Assembly: GCA_963737635.1 (NCBI GenBank)
Contig: CAVTTL010000001.1
Location: forward strand, 128,001-192,000
Length of the DNA: 64,000 bases
Direction of reading: 5' to 3'
Source: an uncultured Methanoregulaceae archaeon
GTDB lineage: Archaea; Halobacteriota; Methanomicrobia; Methanomicrobiales; Methanospirillaceae
Part shown: positions 21,097 to 33,550 of the stretch, in pieces
Numbering within the stretch: the stretch's first letter is position 1
How the letters are laid out: every line of letters starts with the position of its first letter
Program-made: the position numbers and the translations under genes
The notes under the pieces: model-generated
Seen by the model: the letters and a program-made list of their open reading frames with translations, nothing else
What the model was told of the DNA's origin: nothing
Database searches by the model: none

Positions 21097-22563
21097 TTAT
21101 TTTATCTTCGCATTTTTTGGAACGTCCCGTGACCCCCCAAAAGAACTCCCGAATCGTCCTTTAATGCGAGGCCACCAGAACATTCTCCACTTAAACGCAT
21201 AAATGGTCGGGATAAGCTGCCACTGGTGCTTGAATCCGCGCCATGTGAAAAGAGTGTCGCAGGAGAGATAGGATCGTAATTCTTCCCATAACTCATGTAA
21301 TTCTTCTTCGGTGTGTTCTGCGGTATATACTGGTACGGGGTTTTCAGTAAGCCAATAATCATCGGTAATTTGCCCACATGCTTTCATATCCTCGAAGAGT
21401 TCGGTACCGGGATAAACTCGGGCAATCCGTTTCTTCTCTTCCTCTGCTGCATAATAATGATACTTTTCCTTCTGGATGCGGTTCATCAGCCGGCCCGTAT
21501 TTCTGATAGATTCCATAGTTTCTCCCTTCAGGCCGACAATAAAGAAGACGTCTAGATCTATACTGGTATTCTTAAACAGGTCTATGGCGCGAATCACATC
21601 CTCAGGGGTGGTGTGTTTATGACAGTTTTTTAAAACGGTGGGATCCCCACTTTCCAATCCGAACGATGCTCTTTCAAATCCGGTTTGTGCCAAAGCGTCG
21701 ATGACCTCTTTGGAGAGGGGGCGAAATCGTGCCTGACACCGGTAAGTAAAAGGAAGTTTGTTTTCCCGGATTAATTCACACAACCGGATGATCCTTTTAT
21801 TATCGGTTAAAAACGCATCATCATGGAAAAAAATTCTTTCTATGAACGGATAATCCCTGACGATGTCTTTGAGTTCGGCAACAATGTTCTCCGGGGATCG
21901 GTATCGCGTCATCCTTTTTGCCGTGGGATTCAAAGAGCAAAATGAACAGGCGTTTGGGCACCCTCGTGCTGTCAGAACGCACGCACTTTTCCGGCCAGTA
22001 CCTTTTAGGAATGGAGATTGATCCGGGAATGGCAGTGTATCAAGATCGGTAAGGGGTCTTACCTCTGTCGTAACAATCTCTCCATCACGCATAAATGCGA
22101 TTCCTTTAACTGCATCAATAGGTATGCCTTTCTCTAGTTTATCCGCGAGTTCCGCAAAGGTCAAATCACCCTCGCCGACAACTACGATGATATGAGGGTA
22201 TTTATTAAGCATCTGCTTGTAGAGGATTGTTGCATGGATTCCTCCGATAACAACTTTTATTCCGGGATGATTATCATGGAGATATTCAATAAGACGGTAT
22301 GATGAGATTCGTTTTTCAGTAAGGATCTGGATACCGATTACGTCAGGCTGCTTGTCTCGGGTGAACACCTTGATTTTTTGTTCGGCCTCTGTCTCGCTGT
22401 AATCGTCGAGATAAAGTAAATCCACATCGTGGTTATCTTTTAGCGAAGCCGCAACGTATGCCAATCCTAAGGAGTATTGGCTTTGAGATGGGTCTACCAT
22501 GGGGAGGCGGGGGCCATCAAATGTCGATTGATCCCAAGGCATTGTAACTAGAACTATTTTCAT
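21097..22563 (-). CDS. B12-binding radical SAM protein (class B methyltransferase-like)
   Basis: SLGLAYVAA, IGGIHAT, GEGD, ARGCPNACSFC (CX3CX2C), GLESG. Confidence 0.9.
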   Translation of the reverse strand: MKIVLVTMPWDQSTFDGPRLPMVDPSQSQYSLGLAYVAASLKDNHDVDLLYLDDYSETEAEQKIKVFTRDKQPDVIGIQILTEKRISSYRLIEYLHDNHPGIKVVIGGIHATILYKQMLNKYPHIIVVVGEGDLTFAELADKLEKGIPIDAVKGIAFMRDGEIVTTEVRPLTDLDTLPFPDQSPFLKGTGRKSACVLTARGCPNACSFCSLNPTAKRMTRYRSPENIVAELKDIVRDYPFIERIFFHDDAFLTDNKRIIRLCELIRENKLPFTYRCQARFRPLSKEVIDALAQTGFERASFGLESGDPTVLKNCHKHTTPEDVIRAIDLFKNTSIDLDVFFIVGLKGETMESIRNTGRLMNRIQKEKYHYYAAEEEKKRIARVYPGTELFEDMKACGQITDDYWLTENPVPVYTAEHTEEELHELWEELRSYLSCDTLFTWRGFKHQWQLIPTIYAFKWRMFWWPRIKGRFGSSFGGSRDVPKNAKIK

Positions 22564-22853
22564 TCAATTACTCCAACAAAGATACATTTGCGTTGCTCCT
22601 TTAACAAAGTCAATTATTGTCTCTGTCTCCTCATGGAGTAATATTTTTCGTAGTCAAGTCACCGTTTACCATCAAATAGGGATCCGAACGAGGCGTTCGT
22701 TACCCTCTCGATGTTGTAGTCTTCTCCGCGCTCGTTAAAATCCTCAAGCGGCTGTAATAACACCCGATAATAGTTAACATTGGGTATCCAGCCAAATTAA
22801 CACACAGATGATCTATGAAATCAGAATGTTTACAAGTGTCGTTATGTAGATCC

Positions 22854-23657
22854 CTATTTATTACTAACAAAATCCATGATGGTCTTCCCGCCTAACATCT
22901 TTTCTTTCAACCTAGTTAACTTCTGGATATGATAATTCTGAGCGGTCGGGCATTTATGGCAGATGGATTTCGGCTGGGTCTGCAGTTCCAATGAAATACC
23001 GCGATGTTTTTCCACGAGTTCCCGGTACGTGTTTTTATAAAGCGAGCCAATTGGTTCTGTTAATCCTCGCATAGAGCAACAGAAAATAACATCACCATTT
23101 GGCATCATCTGGTAACCCGGCACTTCGAGATGGGAACAAATCACGCGGCCTCGTTTGAACGTTTTAATTTTGCCTCGCGCCAAGTCCTCAACATGGCAGG
23201 TCTGAAATAACCCCCCCATATTCATAATCTCCATATTATGTACATGGGTAAGGACGTAGGTTAGAACGTCCTGATAATTCTGGGTAATAGGAATGTGAGC
23301 GTTACCTTCAGCATCGGGAAGATGTAGTATAAACTGCACAAACGGGATCTCGCATAATGTTACCGCATCGGAAATCTGCAATCCGACAAGAGTGGTGGAA
23401 ACCCGGATCTTATGCCCTTTCTCGTACGCATACAGGATCATCGCTGGACACTCCGGGTTCTGGAAGACTTCCGACAACCCGGCAAAATCAACGATTACCT
23501 CTGGCGGAACGGTTTCAATCAGTTCTTTAAATGCAGCAAGAGTTAGTGGTTTCATCCCCCCAAGTTTCTTCACAATTAGTTCCTGCGGACAATACTTTAT
23601 GCAATTAATGGCACACCCAATTTGCGTTGTTATTTCAAGATAGGGTTGATCAGTCAT
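22854..23657 (-). CDS. radical SAM/SPASM-like protein with CX3CX3C motif
   Basis: GCAINCIKYCPQ, FAGLSE, C-terminal Cys cluster (CSHL, FCCS, CHKC). Confidence 0.7.
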   Translation of the reverse strand: MTDQPYLEITTQIGCAINCIKYCPQELIVKKLGGMKPLTLAAFKELIETVPPEVIVDFAGLSEVFQNPECPAMILYAYEKGHKIRVSTTLVGLQISDAVTLCEIPFVQFILHLPDAEGNAHIPITQNYQDVLTYVLTHVHNMEIMNMGGLFQTCHVEDLARGKIKTFKRGRVICSHLEVPGYQMMPNGDVIFCCSMRGLTEPIGSLYKNTYRELVEKHRGISLELQTQPKSICHKCPTAQNYHIQKLTRLKEKMLGGKTIMDFVSNK

Positions 23658-24119
23658 TTAATCACTCCGAATAATACGGACATCTCCGGGTGTTGATGGT
23701 GAGGAGCAAAATTGCCTCCTCAATGAGGTAACAGTCTTATAAATAATGTACTTTCTCTTATGGATTAAGTTCACTCTTCCATTCCATGAGCAGAGTGTTT
23801 ACCTCTTTTTTCAGTCTAGGATGAGCCATTGCTTAAACCCACCTTGAATGAGAAAATTCCAAGGTTTTTTTCCCGGGAAATCAACATTCGATTATGAAAA
23901 GATATTTGCAATTCAATAGTGCAAACGCTGATTTAAGAATCGTTTGGGAATTTTGAGTTTTAGAATAATTTCGCCGGGCGAAAAACAGGCCATCTTGATA
24001 TTTCGTAATCCTTAAAAAATAAGTTGTAAAGAAATATGCCCCCTTCATTGTAATAGAATTGCCATGTCCATTGTGTTGTTACCATTCCGACATTTCAAAC
24101 AACAAAAAGATCGAGAGTT

Positions 24120-24830
24120 CTATTTAAGTTTGTAGAGTTTATCAGAGTACTCATTATTCGAATTCAGAGTCCCTACAAGATTGTACTTAGTTCCAATGAT
24201 TTTCTCAACCATTTCTTGCAATTTTGGATGAACTTCAATAAGAAGATAATCGGGAGCATGTCGATCGAAGTCTATACCCCGAAGAACTTCAACTTCATAA
24301 CCCTCAACATCAAGAGATAAAAAATCGATGTGTTTAATACCATAATAATCCAAAACGGCAGAAAGCGGTTTTGCTGGAACGCGAACAATATATGAAGACT
24401 CATCTTTTTTAAGGCATTTTTTACCATTTGCAATATGATTTGAAGCAACGATCTCATCTTCAAAAGCACCGTGAACACAAGTCGCCAAATTACAATAATT
24501 CACTTCTATCGATTTGTCTGGATAATCAAATGCAACAAGCGCACAGTTCTCAATTATGCATTTTGGGCGATTTTCGCGGCATTTTTTCGCAAGATCCGGA
24601 ACTGCTTCTATCAACAATCCTTTCCATCGTTTATACTTCTCAAAATATAGTGTATTGCTTTGATTGATGCCGTCATTTGCACCTACCTCTATAAAAAACC
24701 CGGAATTGAAATTAAGATAGGGTTTCAACTTTAAATCAAGTTGGTTTAACGAAAACGATTTTTCCCATCTTAAATTTCGCAAATCACGGTTTTTGAAGAT
24801 GTGGTTATTAAAGAAATCCCAAATTGTCAT
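24120..24830 (-). CDS. FkbM family methyltransferase
   Basis: [21 protein letters not shown]. Confidence 0.9.
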   Translation of the reverse strand: MTIWDFFNNHIFKNRDLRNLRWEKSFSLNQLDLKLKPYLNFNSGFFIEVGANDGINQSNTLYFEKYKRWKGLLIEAVPDLAKKCRENRPKCIIENCALVAFDYPDKSIEVNYCNLATCVHGAFEDEIVASNHIANGKKCLKKDESSYIVRVPAKPLSAVLDYYGIKHIDFLSLDVEGYEVEVLRGIDFDRHAPDYLLIEVHPKLQEMVEKIIGTKYNLVGTLNSNNEYSDKLYKLK

Positions 24831-26104
24831 TTGAGTTCACCATTCCATTCCATGAGAGGAGCGATAACGCCGGGTCTTCTTTCCGTCCAATAGGGGCTGT
24901 CGCTTAGACCGCCAACAATATTTATATTTACAAAGGGTGCTTTTTTCCTAGAATCTATAATTAAATGTCTGCACCGGAGAGAGGCAGTTAATTCGATGGT
25001 GTAAATCCCCTCGTTTAAAAATCGTTTGGGAATTTTTGTCTTTAACAGAAAATTCCCCAATGAAAATTTCGGCCAGTCCGTCTCTTTTTGATCGGTACAA
25101 AGAGATGTATATATTACAATTCCATTTTCATTCGAAATGAAATAACCAAGTGCTAATCCAGGATCTAATTGTTTAATTTCACCTTCGATTTCAATCCAGA
25201 TATCCTTGTTATTACTTGTTGGATTATTTATAAAATTTCCCAAAGAATCACAAATGATCATTTTTAGAGGTTTAAACCATGGATTCTCAAATTCTTTACC
25301 AGAATTATTCCACTGAGATGAAAATGTCCCACTAGTTTCCACTGATATGTAGGAGTCTATAATTTGCCTTACATGTGGCCCTTTTTGTTTAATGTGGCCA
25401 TTTTCTATGAGAATGCCATACGAGCACAACTGTTCAATCGCATTCATATTATGGCTCACAAAAATGACCGTTCGCCCCTCTTTAGCCACCTCGCCCATTT
25501 TTCCCAGGCATTTTTTCTGGAATGCTGCATCACCGACAGCAAGCACCTCGTCCACCAGTAGAATCTCCGGTTCAAGGTGAGCTGCCACTGCAAACGCGAG
25601 CCGGATATACATCCCGCTTGAATATCGTTTCACCGGTGTATCAAGAAATTTTTCAATCTCAGAAAATTTTACAATATCATCCAGTTTGGCATCGATCTCT
25701 TTCCGTTTCATTCCGAGGATCGAACCAGATAAATAGATATTCTCCCGACCAGTTAATTCCTGATGAAACCCGGTCCCGACTTCCAGCAGTGAACCGACCC
25801 GGCCATGCAACTCCACGGTTCCTTCCGTAGGAGAAGTAATCCGGGAAAGGATCTTTAAGAGCGTACTCTTCCCGGCTCCGTTTCTCCCGATAATCCCGAC
25901 AATCTCACCCTGCTCAACGTCAAACGATACATCCTTTAAAGCCCAGAACCCTTCCACCGGTGGGGCCTTGTGGAACACTTTCAATGGCGCCTTAAGAGAA
26001 TTGACAATTGCATCCCGAAAGGTATGATACGGTTCCTGCGGTCCACCGATACGGTATTGTTTGCTCAGGTGATTTACACGGATGGCGATTTTGTCAGACG
26101 TCAT
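24827..26104 (-). CDS. wzt: polysaccharide ABC exporter ATPase with C-terminal carbohydrate-binding domain
   Basis: [30 protein letters not shown] plus a C-terminal extension. Confidence 0.92.
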   Translation of the reverse strand: MTSDKIAIRVNHLSKQYRIGGPQEPYHTFRDAIVNSLKAPLKVFHKAPPVEGFWALKDVSFDVEQGEIVGIIGRNGAGKSTLLKILSRITSPTEGTVELHGRVGSLLEVGTGFHQELTGRENIYLSGSILGMKRKEIDAKLDDIVKFSEIEKFLDTPVKRYSSGMYIRLAFAVAAHLEPEILLVDEVLAVGDAAFQKKCLGKMGEVAKEGRTVIFVSHNMNAIEQLCSYGILIENGHIKQKGPHVRQIIDSYISVETSGTFSSQWNNSGKEFENPWFKPLKMIICDSLGNFINNPTSNNKDIWIEIEGEIKQLDPGLALGYFISNENGIVIYTSLCTDQKETDWPKFSLGNFLLKTKIPKRFLNEGIYTIELTASLRCRHLIIDSRKKAPFVNINIVGGLSDSPYWTERRPGVIAPLMEWNGELK

Positions 26105-26259
26105 AATTGATGAACATTCCCGTAAGAATGAGGTATCTTTAGAATGTTTGTATCCGGAATAATTGAATCAAACGGTAGTGAATAGACTACCAGAAAACTC
26201 TTTGTGATATCGTTTCGGTCTCATTTCCATTGACAGAATTAAGTCAAATCTATTCTGCA

Positions 26260-27111
26260 TCACACAATGTCCGCATAATACTGCTCCATTCTCCGGAAGT
26301 AAAACATGCCTGAAATAAGGATGATAAGCACCATGACCACCGAGACGAGCACCATTGCACTGGGCGTACCGTTACCCAGAAGTGCCCAGCGGAATCCTTC
26401 AATCACTCCGGTCATTGGGTTGAGTCCATACCATACCCTCAACGACTCCGGGACAATGCTTGAGGCATAAACAACAGGTGATGCAAACATCCAGATCTGG
26501 ATGAGGAAGGGAACCGTATACTGAAAGTCACGGTACTTTACGTTGAGAGCCGAGAGCCAGAGGCCGACCCCGAGTGATGTCGCAAGAGCCAGCAGGAGGA
26601 AGAGCGGCAGAAAAACAATGTTAACTGTCGGTGCATATCCGTAATAGACCATCATCGCAAGCAGGACAATAAAAGAAACCGCAAAATCGACAAGTGGCGA
26701 GATGACGCTCGAGAGTGGCATGATCAGGCGTGGGAAGTACACCTTGGTCATGATAGTAGAATTTGTCACCATGGTGTTCGTCGACCGCGTCAGCCCTTCG
26801 GCAAAGAGTGTCCACGGAAGCAGGGCAGCAAGTACAAAGAGCGGGTACGGCACCCCGTTGGAAGGTATCTTTGCAAGACCCCCGAAAAAGATCGTGAATA
26901 TGACCATCGTCAGGAGTGGCTGGAGGAGCGCCCATGCAATCCCAAGCCCGGTCTGTTTGTACCGGAGCTTCACGTCCCGCATAGTGAACGCCGCAATCAG
27001 TTCGCGGTACGACCAGAGCTCATGCAGGTTCACCGGCACCCATTTTCGGGGCGGCCGGATGACAAGCGTTGGTACGGTATGTTCCGGAGCTGGCGAGGTA
27101 GTCCCATTCAT
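26260..27111 (-). CDS. wzm: polysaccharide ABC exporter permease
   Basis: RDVKLRYKQT.LG..W, KVYFPR, YRDF, LNPM. Confidence 0.92.
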   Translation of the reverse strand: MNGTTSPAPEHTVPTLVIRPPRKWVPVNLHELWSYRELIAAFTMRDVKLRYKQTGLGIAWALLQPLLTMVIFTIFFGGLAKIPSNGVPYPLFVLAALLPWTLFAEGLTRSTNTMVTNSTIMTKVYFPRLIMPLSSVISPLVDFAVSFIVLLAMMVYYGYAPTVNIVFLPLFLLLALATSLGVGLWLSALNVKYRDFQYTVPFLIQIWMFASPVVYASSIVPESLRVWYGLNPMTGVIEGFRWALLGNGTPSAMVLVSVVMVLIILISGMFYFRRMEQYYADIV

Positions 27112-27176
27112 GGATGTGATCAGGAATTTTGTTGTCACATTACTTATAGTCTGGTGACTGGGACTGCAGAATCCTT

Positions 27177-28170
<994 letters not shown>

Positions 28171-28249
28171 TTATTTCCTGGAATATTTCGTTTGTTTAAA
28201 CGAAGGGATGCCTGTTACCGCGAGTACTTCAGTCAGCATATCTCTGACA

Positions 28250-29296
28250 TCAGTCGCACTTCCACCACCGGTGAGGGAACGTTCTTTTCACGATCGCGTC
28301 GCCTTTACCTATCGGTTCCAGTCCAGCGGCCTTCAAATCTGCATCCACCATAATCGTCACCAGATCAGCAAATTTTATCACGGGTTTCCAGCCAAGGACG
28401 TTTTCGGACTTCCTTGCATCTGCGATGAGTACTTCTACTTCTGTCGGCCGGAAATATTTTGGATCGATCCGGACGTGTTCCTCGACATCGAGGCCTGCAT
28501 AGGCAAACGATTCATGCAGGAATTCATGGACAGAATGCGTCTCCCCGGTACCGATCACGAAGTCCCCGGGCTCTTCCTGCTGGAGAATCCGCCACATACA
28601 CTCGACGTACTCCGGGGCATATCCCCAGTCCCTTCGGGCATCGAGGTTGCCGAGATAGAGATATTTTTCCTTCCCGGCACGGATGCGGGCGATCGCACGG
28701 GTGATTTTGCGGGTAACAAAGGTTTCGCCCCGGCGCGGTGACTCGTGGTTGAAGAGGATTCCGTTGGACGCAAAGAGATTGTACCCTTCCCGGTAGTTCC
28801 GGGTCATCCAGTACGAGTATACCTTCGCGCAGGCATAGGGGCTCCGGGGGTGGAAGAGTGTATCTTCACCCTGAGGGGGATGCGCAGCGCCGAACATCTC
28901 GCTGGAGGAGGCCTGGTAAAACTTCACGTTATTGTTGCTCCGGCGGATTGCCTCAAGGAGCCGTGTTGTACCCAGGGCCGTGACATTGCCGGTGTACTCA
29001 GGGGTGTCGAAGCTGACCCGGACATGGCTCTGGGCCCCGAGGTGGTAGACCTCGTCCGGCCGGATATTGTACATCACGTTTGCGATCTGCTCGGAGTCGG
29101 AGAGGTCGCCGTAGTGCAGGAAGAGCCGGGCACCGGATTCATGGGGGTCAACATAGATGGAATCGATCCGGCTCGTGTTGAAGGTGGACGACCGGCGCAC
29201 CAGTCCGTGGACTTCGTACCCTTTACTCAACAGGAGTTCGGCGAGGTACGACCCATCCTGGCCGGTGATGCCGGTGATGAAGGCTTTCTTTGTCAT
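28250..29296 (-). CDS. gmd: GDP-mannose 4,6-dehydratase
   Basis: [48 protein letters not shown]. Confidence 0.96.
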   Translation of the reverse strand: MTKKAFITGITGQDGSYLAELLLSKGYEVHGLVRRSSTFNTSRIDSIYVDPHESGARLFLHYGDLSDSEQIANVMYNIRPDEVYHLGAQSHVRVSFDTPEYTGNVTALGTTRLLEAIRRSNNNVKFYQASSSEMFGAAHPPQGEDTLFHPRSPYACAKVYSYWMTRNYREGYNLFASNGILFNHESPRRGETFVTRKITRAIARIRAGKEKYLYLGNLDARRDWGYAPEYVECMWRILQQEEPGDFVIGTGETHSVHEFLHESFAYAGLDVEEHVRIDPKYFRPTEVEVLIADARKSENVLGWKPVIKFADLVTIMVDADLKAAGLEPIGKGDAIVKRTFPHRWWKCD

Positions 29297-29385
29297 GGTG
29301 AATCGTTTCGTACCTACTATAAAATCCGGGATAATTTCAAGGTATTGGAGCACGGGGGGTCGGGAACCCGGATTAACGCCGCTCC
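29190..29385. repeat. direct repeat copy 1 (gmd 5' end plus upstream region, ~196 bp)
   Basis: Near-identical to 30406..30601, about 7 mismatches by eye. Confidence 0.93.
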
Positions 29386-29668
29386 TGGTTATACCTCATC
29401 GCGGCGTGATAGCACTATGTGATCCACGCTGGATCGATCCTGAAGAAAAAATAAAAAATGCCGCCATTCTCCTGGCAAGGAACCCATGGCAACACCTGCC
29501 AGAATTATCCGGCGTAGTGTTCAAACTGCATTTTTTGTGGAGTACTATCTCATCGATACTAATATTCTTATTGTCTTTTTCACCGTTGCTCCCCGGACTT
29601 ATGAGAGCATGGTGAACTACCCGAACACTACGGATTATTAATACGGTCAGGCACTACAACGATTCCGG

Positions 29669-29914
29669 GTGGAGCACATGAAATCCTACCAGTTCACCGT
29701 TACCATCTGGGAAGAAGATGGCGTCTATGTGTCAAAGTGCGTTGAACTTGAGATTGCCAGTTGCGGCGATACCCCTAGAGACGCACTTGATAATATTCGG
29801 GAGGCTATCGATATTTACCTGAAAAATGCTCGGGAATACGGCATGTTCGGGGACATTGAACCGTCAATTACTGCCCATGAAAAATTTACCTCGGTCATTG
29901 AGGTCGAAGCGTGA
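29669..29914 (+). CDS. hicB: HicB family antitoxin (short form)
   Basis: WEEDGVYVSKCVELEIASCGDTPRDALDNIREAIDIYL. Confidence 0.88.
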   Translation: MEHMKSYQFTVTIWEEDGVYVSKCVELEIASCGDTPRDALDNIREAIDIYLKNAREYGMFGDIEPSITAHEKFTSVIEVEA

Positions 29915-30021
29915 AACTCCCGAGGGTATCCTCATCGTTTGTTATTAAACGACTCAGGAAAACAGGTTTTGAGAAAGGGAAATTTACCCATGAGGAATTT
30001 CTTTGCCTGCTGGAAAAGTAA
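29911..30021 (+). pseudogene. hicA: internally deleted HicA-like toxin remnant (36 aa)
   Basis: GTG overlaps the hicB stop; MKLPRVSSSFVIKRLRKTGFE joined to KGKFTHEEFLCLLEK; central GSH/His region absent. Confidence 0.7.
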
Positions 30022-30278
30022 TGCGTGTCTGCCACTATTATGTTTCCCCTTGCTATTCCTGTATTATTTTAAAACGTGTTTTTAAGAAACATCATGGGTG
30101 TCTGAACGCTACGGTACCCCCATTCCCGGGATCCGTTTGGGGAAATTCCGGTAATCTCAGCTGACATTTTTGAAAGGTTTTAACCCCTTGGCAAACTCTT
30201 TTTGAAATCTTCAGCAACCGTATCCAGCTTTTTTGGAAGAGGCCGGCAATACCGATGGACTTTTTTCCAAATGGTTCA

Positions 30279-30601
<323 letters not shown>

Positions 30602-30786
30602 AGAGAGACTTACTGCAATAGTCTTTTTTGATTGGACCGGGTCTGTTTTTGATATGCGTGGAACCAGACGCGCAAACGCCTGTCGGGTTTTGAGCCAAAC
30701 ATCTACCTGTTCAAATACGATCTGGAATCTTCGCAAGGGCGGACTTAGAAAAAGGAAAACGGCAAACCAATTCAGAAAAAAAAAGA

Positions 30787-31197
30787 TTAGATGGTGCTTG
30801 AATAAATCACTTGAGTTGTGCCATCAGTGAAGTATCCAACACCGACGACTTGCGAGTTCGTTGGAGCAGGGTAATTAAGCGTTGTACCCACAGATAAAAT
30901 CGTGGATGAACCCAATGTTCCCATATATCCTCCAGCACTCACGGTTGTATTTACGGCGGTAGTAAAGTTAATTACTTCCAGCGTACCTGCATCCTGACCC
31001 CCTTGGTAGGTAAAGACAACATGTTGAGAATCTATTCTTTGTGCTGTCACCGCAACCACTTTGGTCTTCTGGATATTCCCGGCCATGCCGAACACGAACG
31101 CAGCGATGACTGCTGCGAGAATCACGGTGATCGCGACCATCAGGATAACGCCGATGACCGGTGATACTGCCTCTTCATTTTTTCTGGTGTACATCAT
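30787..31197 (-). CDS. archaeal type IV pilin (DUF1628-type)
   Basis: Class III signal peptide KNEEA/VSPVIGVILMVAITVILAAVIAAFVFG. Confidence 0.93.
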   Translation of the reverse strand: MMYTRKNEEAVSPVIGVILMVAITVILAAVIAAFVFGMAGNIQKTKVVAVTAQRIDSQHVVFTYQGGQDAGTLEVINFTTAVNTTVSAGGYMGTLGSSTILSVGTTLNYPAPTNSQVVGVGYFTDGTTQVIYSSTI

Positions 31198-31677
31198 TAA
31201 ACAACTCCATGAAAACATATCCGCTAACCGGATATGACACTGTATGATTTGATTATTTCCTCTTCTTGTATATATATATTGCGATTTAAGGAAAAATACG
31301 GAAAACAGTATTATCAGGAAATCCTGCGGATGGCCACAAAAATTTTTTTTCCTTATAAAAAACTAGCGAATATGCACATCATTAGATATCATTCATGTAT
31401 TGACCCCCCCAAAAAGTGAGCTTCCCCTTCCAGTATAATTCGCCTTTTTATAATTCTAATCAATCACAATATGCCAAAATATACATTCTGATTCGAAGAA
31501 AAAAATTGGATCTGGTGTGTCTTTCATCCTTATTGCTCATGGAAACGGGAGTAAATCTCCGATCTATCGACAAATAGCGTTCGGAGTTATTAGAATTGCT
31601 TTGGATTCATCACTGATGGCTAACGCAAACGGAACAGAAATCGCTCCTCATTCCAGAAAATTCGAACAAAACGTGTA

Positions 31678-31750
31678 AGCCTCAGCCGTGATTTGAACAC
31701 GGGACCTGCTGATTACAAGTCAGCCGCTCTGCCAACTAAGCCACTGAGGC
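31678..31750 (-). tRNA. tRNA-Thr(TGT)
   Basis: GCCTCAG/CTGAGGC acceptor stem, anticodon loop CT-TGT-AA, T-loop TTCAAAT. Confidence 0.96.
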
Positions 31751-31873
31751 GCCATATACAATAGACCGTGAGGGGTAAAAAATGTGGTGCTGATGCGAGG
31801 AACCGGGCACGGTGCCAGACGGTTCAATGCCAAATACATTATACACATCAGGATGAGTAATGTACCAGCGAAA

Positions 31874-33100
31874 ATGGCACAGCTGACCGTGGACATCGGG
31901 GGACGGGCGGGCGTAGACTGCCGGGGGTTCTGCGAATACTGCTATTTTAAACGAGTGAAGACCGCCCGGGCGTTCGGCTGCCGGTACTGTCTGCCATTCA
32001 AGAAGGGCTGCGACTACTGTACCCGGGGCGTCCGGGAGGAATATGCCGGATTCAAGGATCTCATGACCATCGCCCAGGAGACGCTTGCAGCCCTCCAAAC
32101 TAAGACCGGCGATCTTGACCGGATCACCATCAGTGGTGGCGGCGACCCCAGCTGCTACCCACAGTTTACCGACCTCATCGAACTGTTAGGCGCGACAGAA
32201 GCACCGCTCCATATCGGGTACACCAGCGGCAAAGGCTGGGATGATGAAACAATCGCCGATCTCCTTATAGATAACAACCTTGCCGAGTGCTCGTTTACGG
32301 TCTTTGCCACGGATCCGGCCCTCAGGAAACGCTGGATGCACGATCCTACCCCGGACGCCTCACTCGCCATCCTCGAACGGCTCTGCGGCTCGGCCGACGT
32401 CTACGCTGCCGCAGTCGTGCTGCCCGGGGTAAACGATGGCCAGGTTCTCGAAGAGACCTGTGCGTGGCTCGAGGAACGCGGCGCCAAAGGGGTCATCCTC
32501 ATGCGATTTGCAAATACCACCGGTCAGGGGCTTATCCTTGAAAATGCACCGGTCATCAAAGGCCAGGCTGTGCAGTCGGTGGAATCGTTCCGGGACATGG
32601 TCAGCGATCTGAACAGCAGGTTTAACATAAAGATCTCCGGTACGCCGCTCTGGGATCCGGAGATCGGCTCGCCCTTTGCAATCCTGCATGAACCATCTCT
32701 GGTAAAAAAACTCCCCCGGATCCAGCGCCGGGCATCAGTCATCACCGGTGCCGTGGCTGCACCATTTATCAGCGAGATTTTGTCGGCACGCGGGGCAATC
32801 GCCCCGGTCATCCCGGTAAAAAAGGAGATCGCCTGCCTGATCACAGAGGACGACCTCAGGGAGATCGATTGTTCACTTCTCGAACCAACCGTTATCATCC
32901 CGGGAAGGGCATTCGTCCACGATGCCGAGGCAAAAAACGTCCTCAGCCGGGACGGCACAGCCCGCGAAGTAATCCGGGGGCCGGATCAGCTCACTGCCGA
33001 TGCGGAGACGAGCATGGGCATGACACGGCGTGACGTTCTCGATAGGGAGATGGCAGGTTTTTCCGATCTCATCCGGCTGATCAACCTGTACGGGAAATAG
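31874..33100 (+). CDS. mmp10: methyl-coenzyme M reductase arginine methyltransferase Mmp10 (methanogenesis marker 10)
   Basis: MAQLTVDIGG..G.DC.GFC.YCYF, C.YC......C.YC, SGGGDPSCYP, HIGYTSGKG. Confidence 0.92.
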   Translation: MAQLTVDIGGRAGVDCRGFCEYCYFKRVKTARAFGCRYCLPFKKGCDYCTRGVREEYAGFKDLMTIAQETLAALQTKTGDLDRITISGGGDPSCYPQFTDLIELLGATEAPLHIGYTSGKGWDDETIADLLIDNNLAECSFTVFATDPALRKRWMHDPTPDASLAILERLCGSADVYAAAVVLPGVNDGQVLEETCAWLEERGAKGVILMRFANTTGQGLILENAPVIKGQAVQSVESFRDMVSDLNSRFNIKISGTPLWDPEIGSPFAILHEPSLVKKLPRIQRRASVITGAVAAPFISEILSARGAIAPVIPVKKEIACLITEDDLREIDCSLLEPTVIIPGRAFVHDAEAKNVLSRDGTAREVIRGPDQLTADAETSMGMTRRDVLDREMAGFSDLIRLINLYGK

Positions 33101-33103
33101 GCA
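32999..33103. repeat. direct repeat copy 1 (mmp10 3' end, 105 bp)
   Basis: Matches 33838..33942 with 3 mismatches. Confidence 0.95.
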
Positions 33104-33268
33104 GGATCATCCCCGTCTGGGATGGAAATCATCAATGACGTTGTCATACCGGATACTGAATCCTCCATGTCAAGCCAGGTGCCATCAAAGTTTAGGCGGA
33201 GACTGGGTATGACACATAAATTTAACGAGCAAAAGGACAAATGGTACATTTAGCCCAAAAAGGAGAAT

Positions 33269-33550
33269 ATGGCCATGGCAAAAAACTGCAATCCTCTTAC
33301 TGAGAAAGTGCTCGTTTCTACGGATACCAAAAAAGCCCTGATGTCCATCAAGGAGCCGGGGGAAAGGTTCGGGGATGTGATCGATCGGGTGTTGCAGGAC
33401 CGGAAGCGTCAGGACTTCATTGCACACCTTGATAAGATCGCAGAGGAAGGAGAATTCGTCCCGTTCGACAGCGATGCCGAATACGCGACACTGAAAAAAG
33501 AGATGCGTCGTGAGAGTAAACATCGACAAGCGGGCGCTGCAGTACGTTAA
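33269..33550 (+). CDS. putative antitoxin (RHH-like N-terminus)
   Basis: VLVSTDTKKALMSIKEPGERFGDVIDRVL; overlaps the downstream toxin-like ORF. Confidence 0.65.
   Translation: MAMAKNCNPLTEKVLVSTDTKKALMSIKEPGERFGDVIDRVLQDRKRQDFIAHLDKIAEEGEFVPFDSDAEYATLKKEMRRESKHRQAGAAVR

Noticed and set aside
31678-31750. tRNA-Thr as att site of an integrated element
   Set aside because: No duplicate of its 3' end and no integrase seen in the window.
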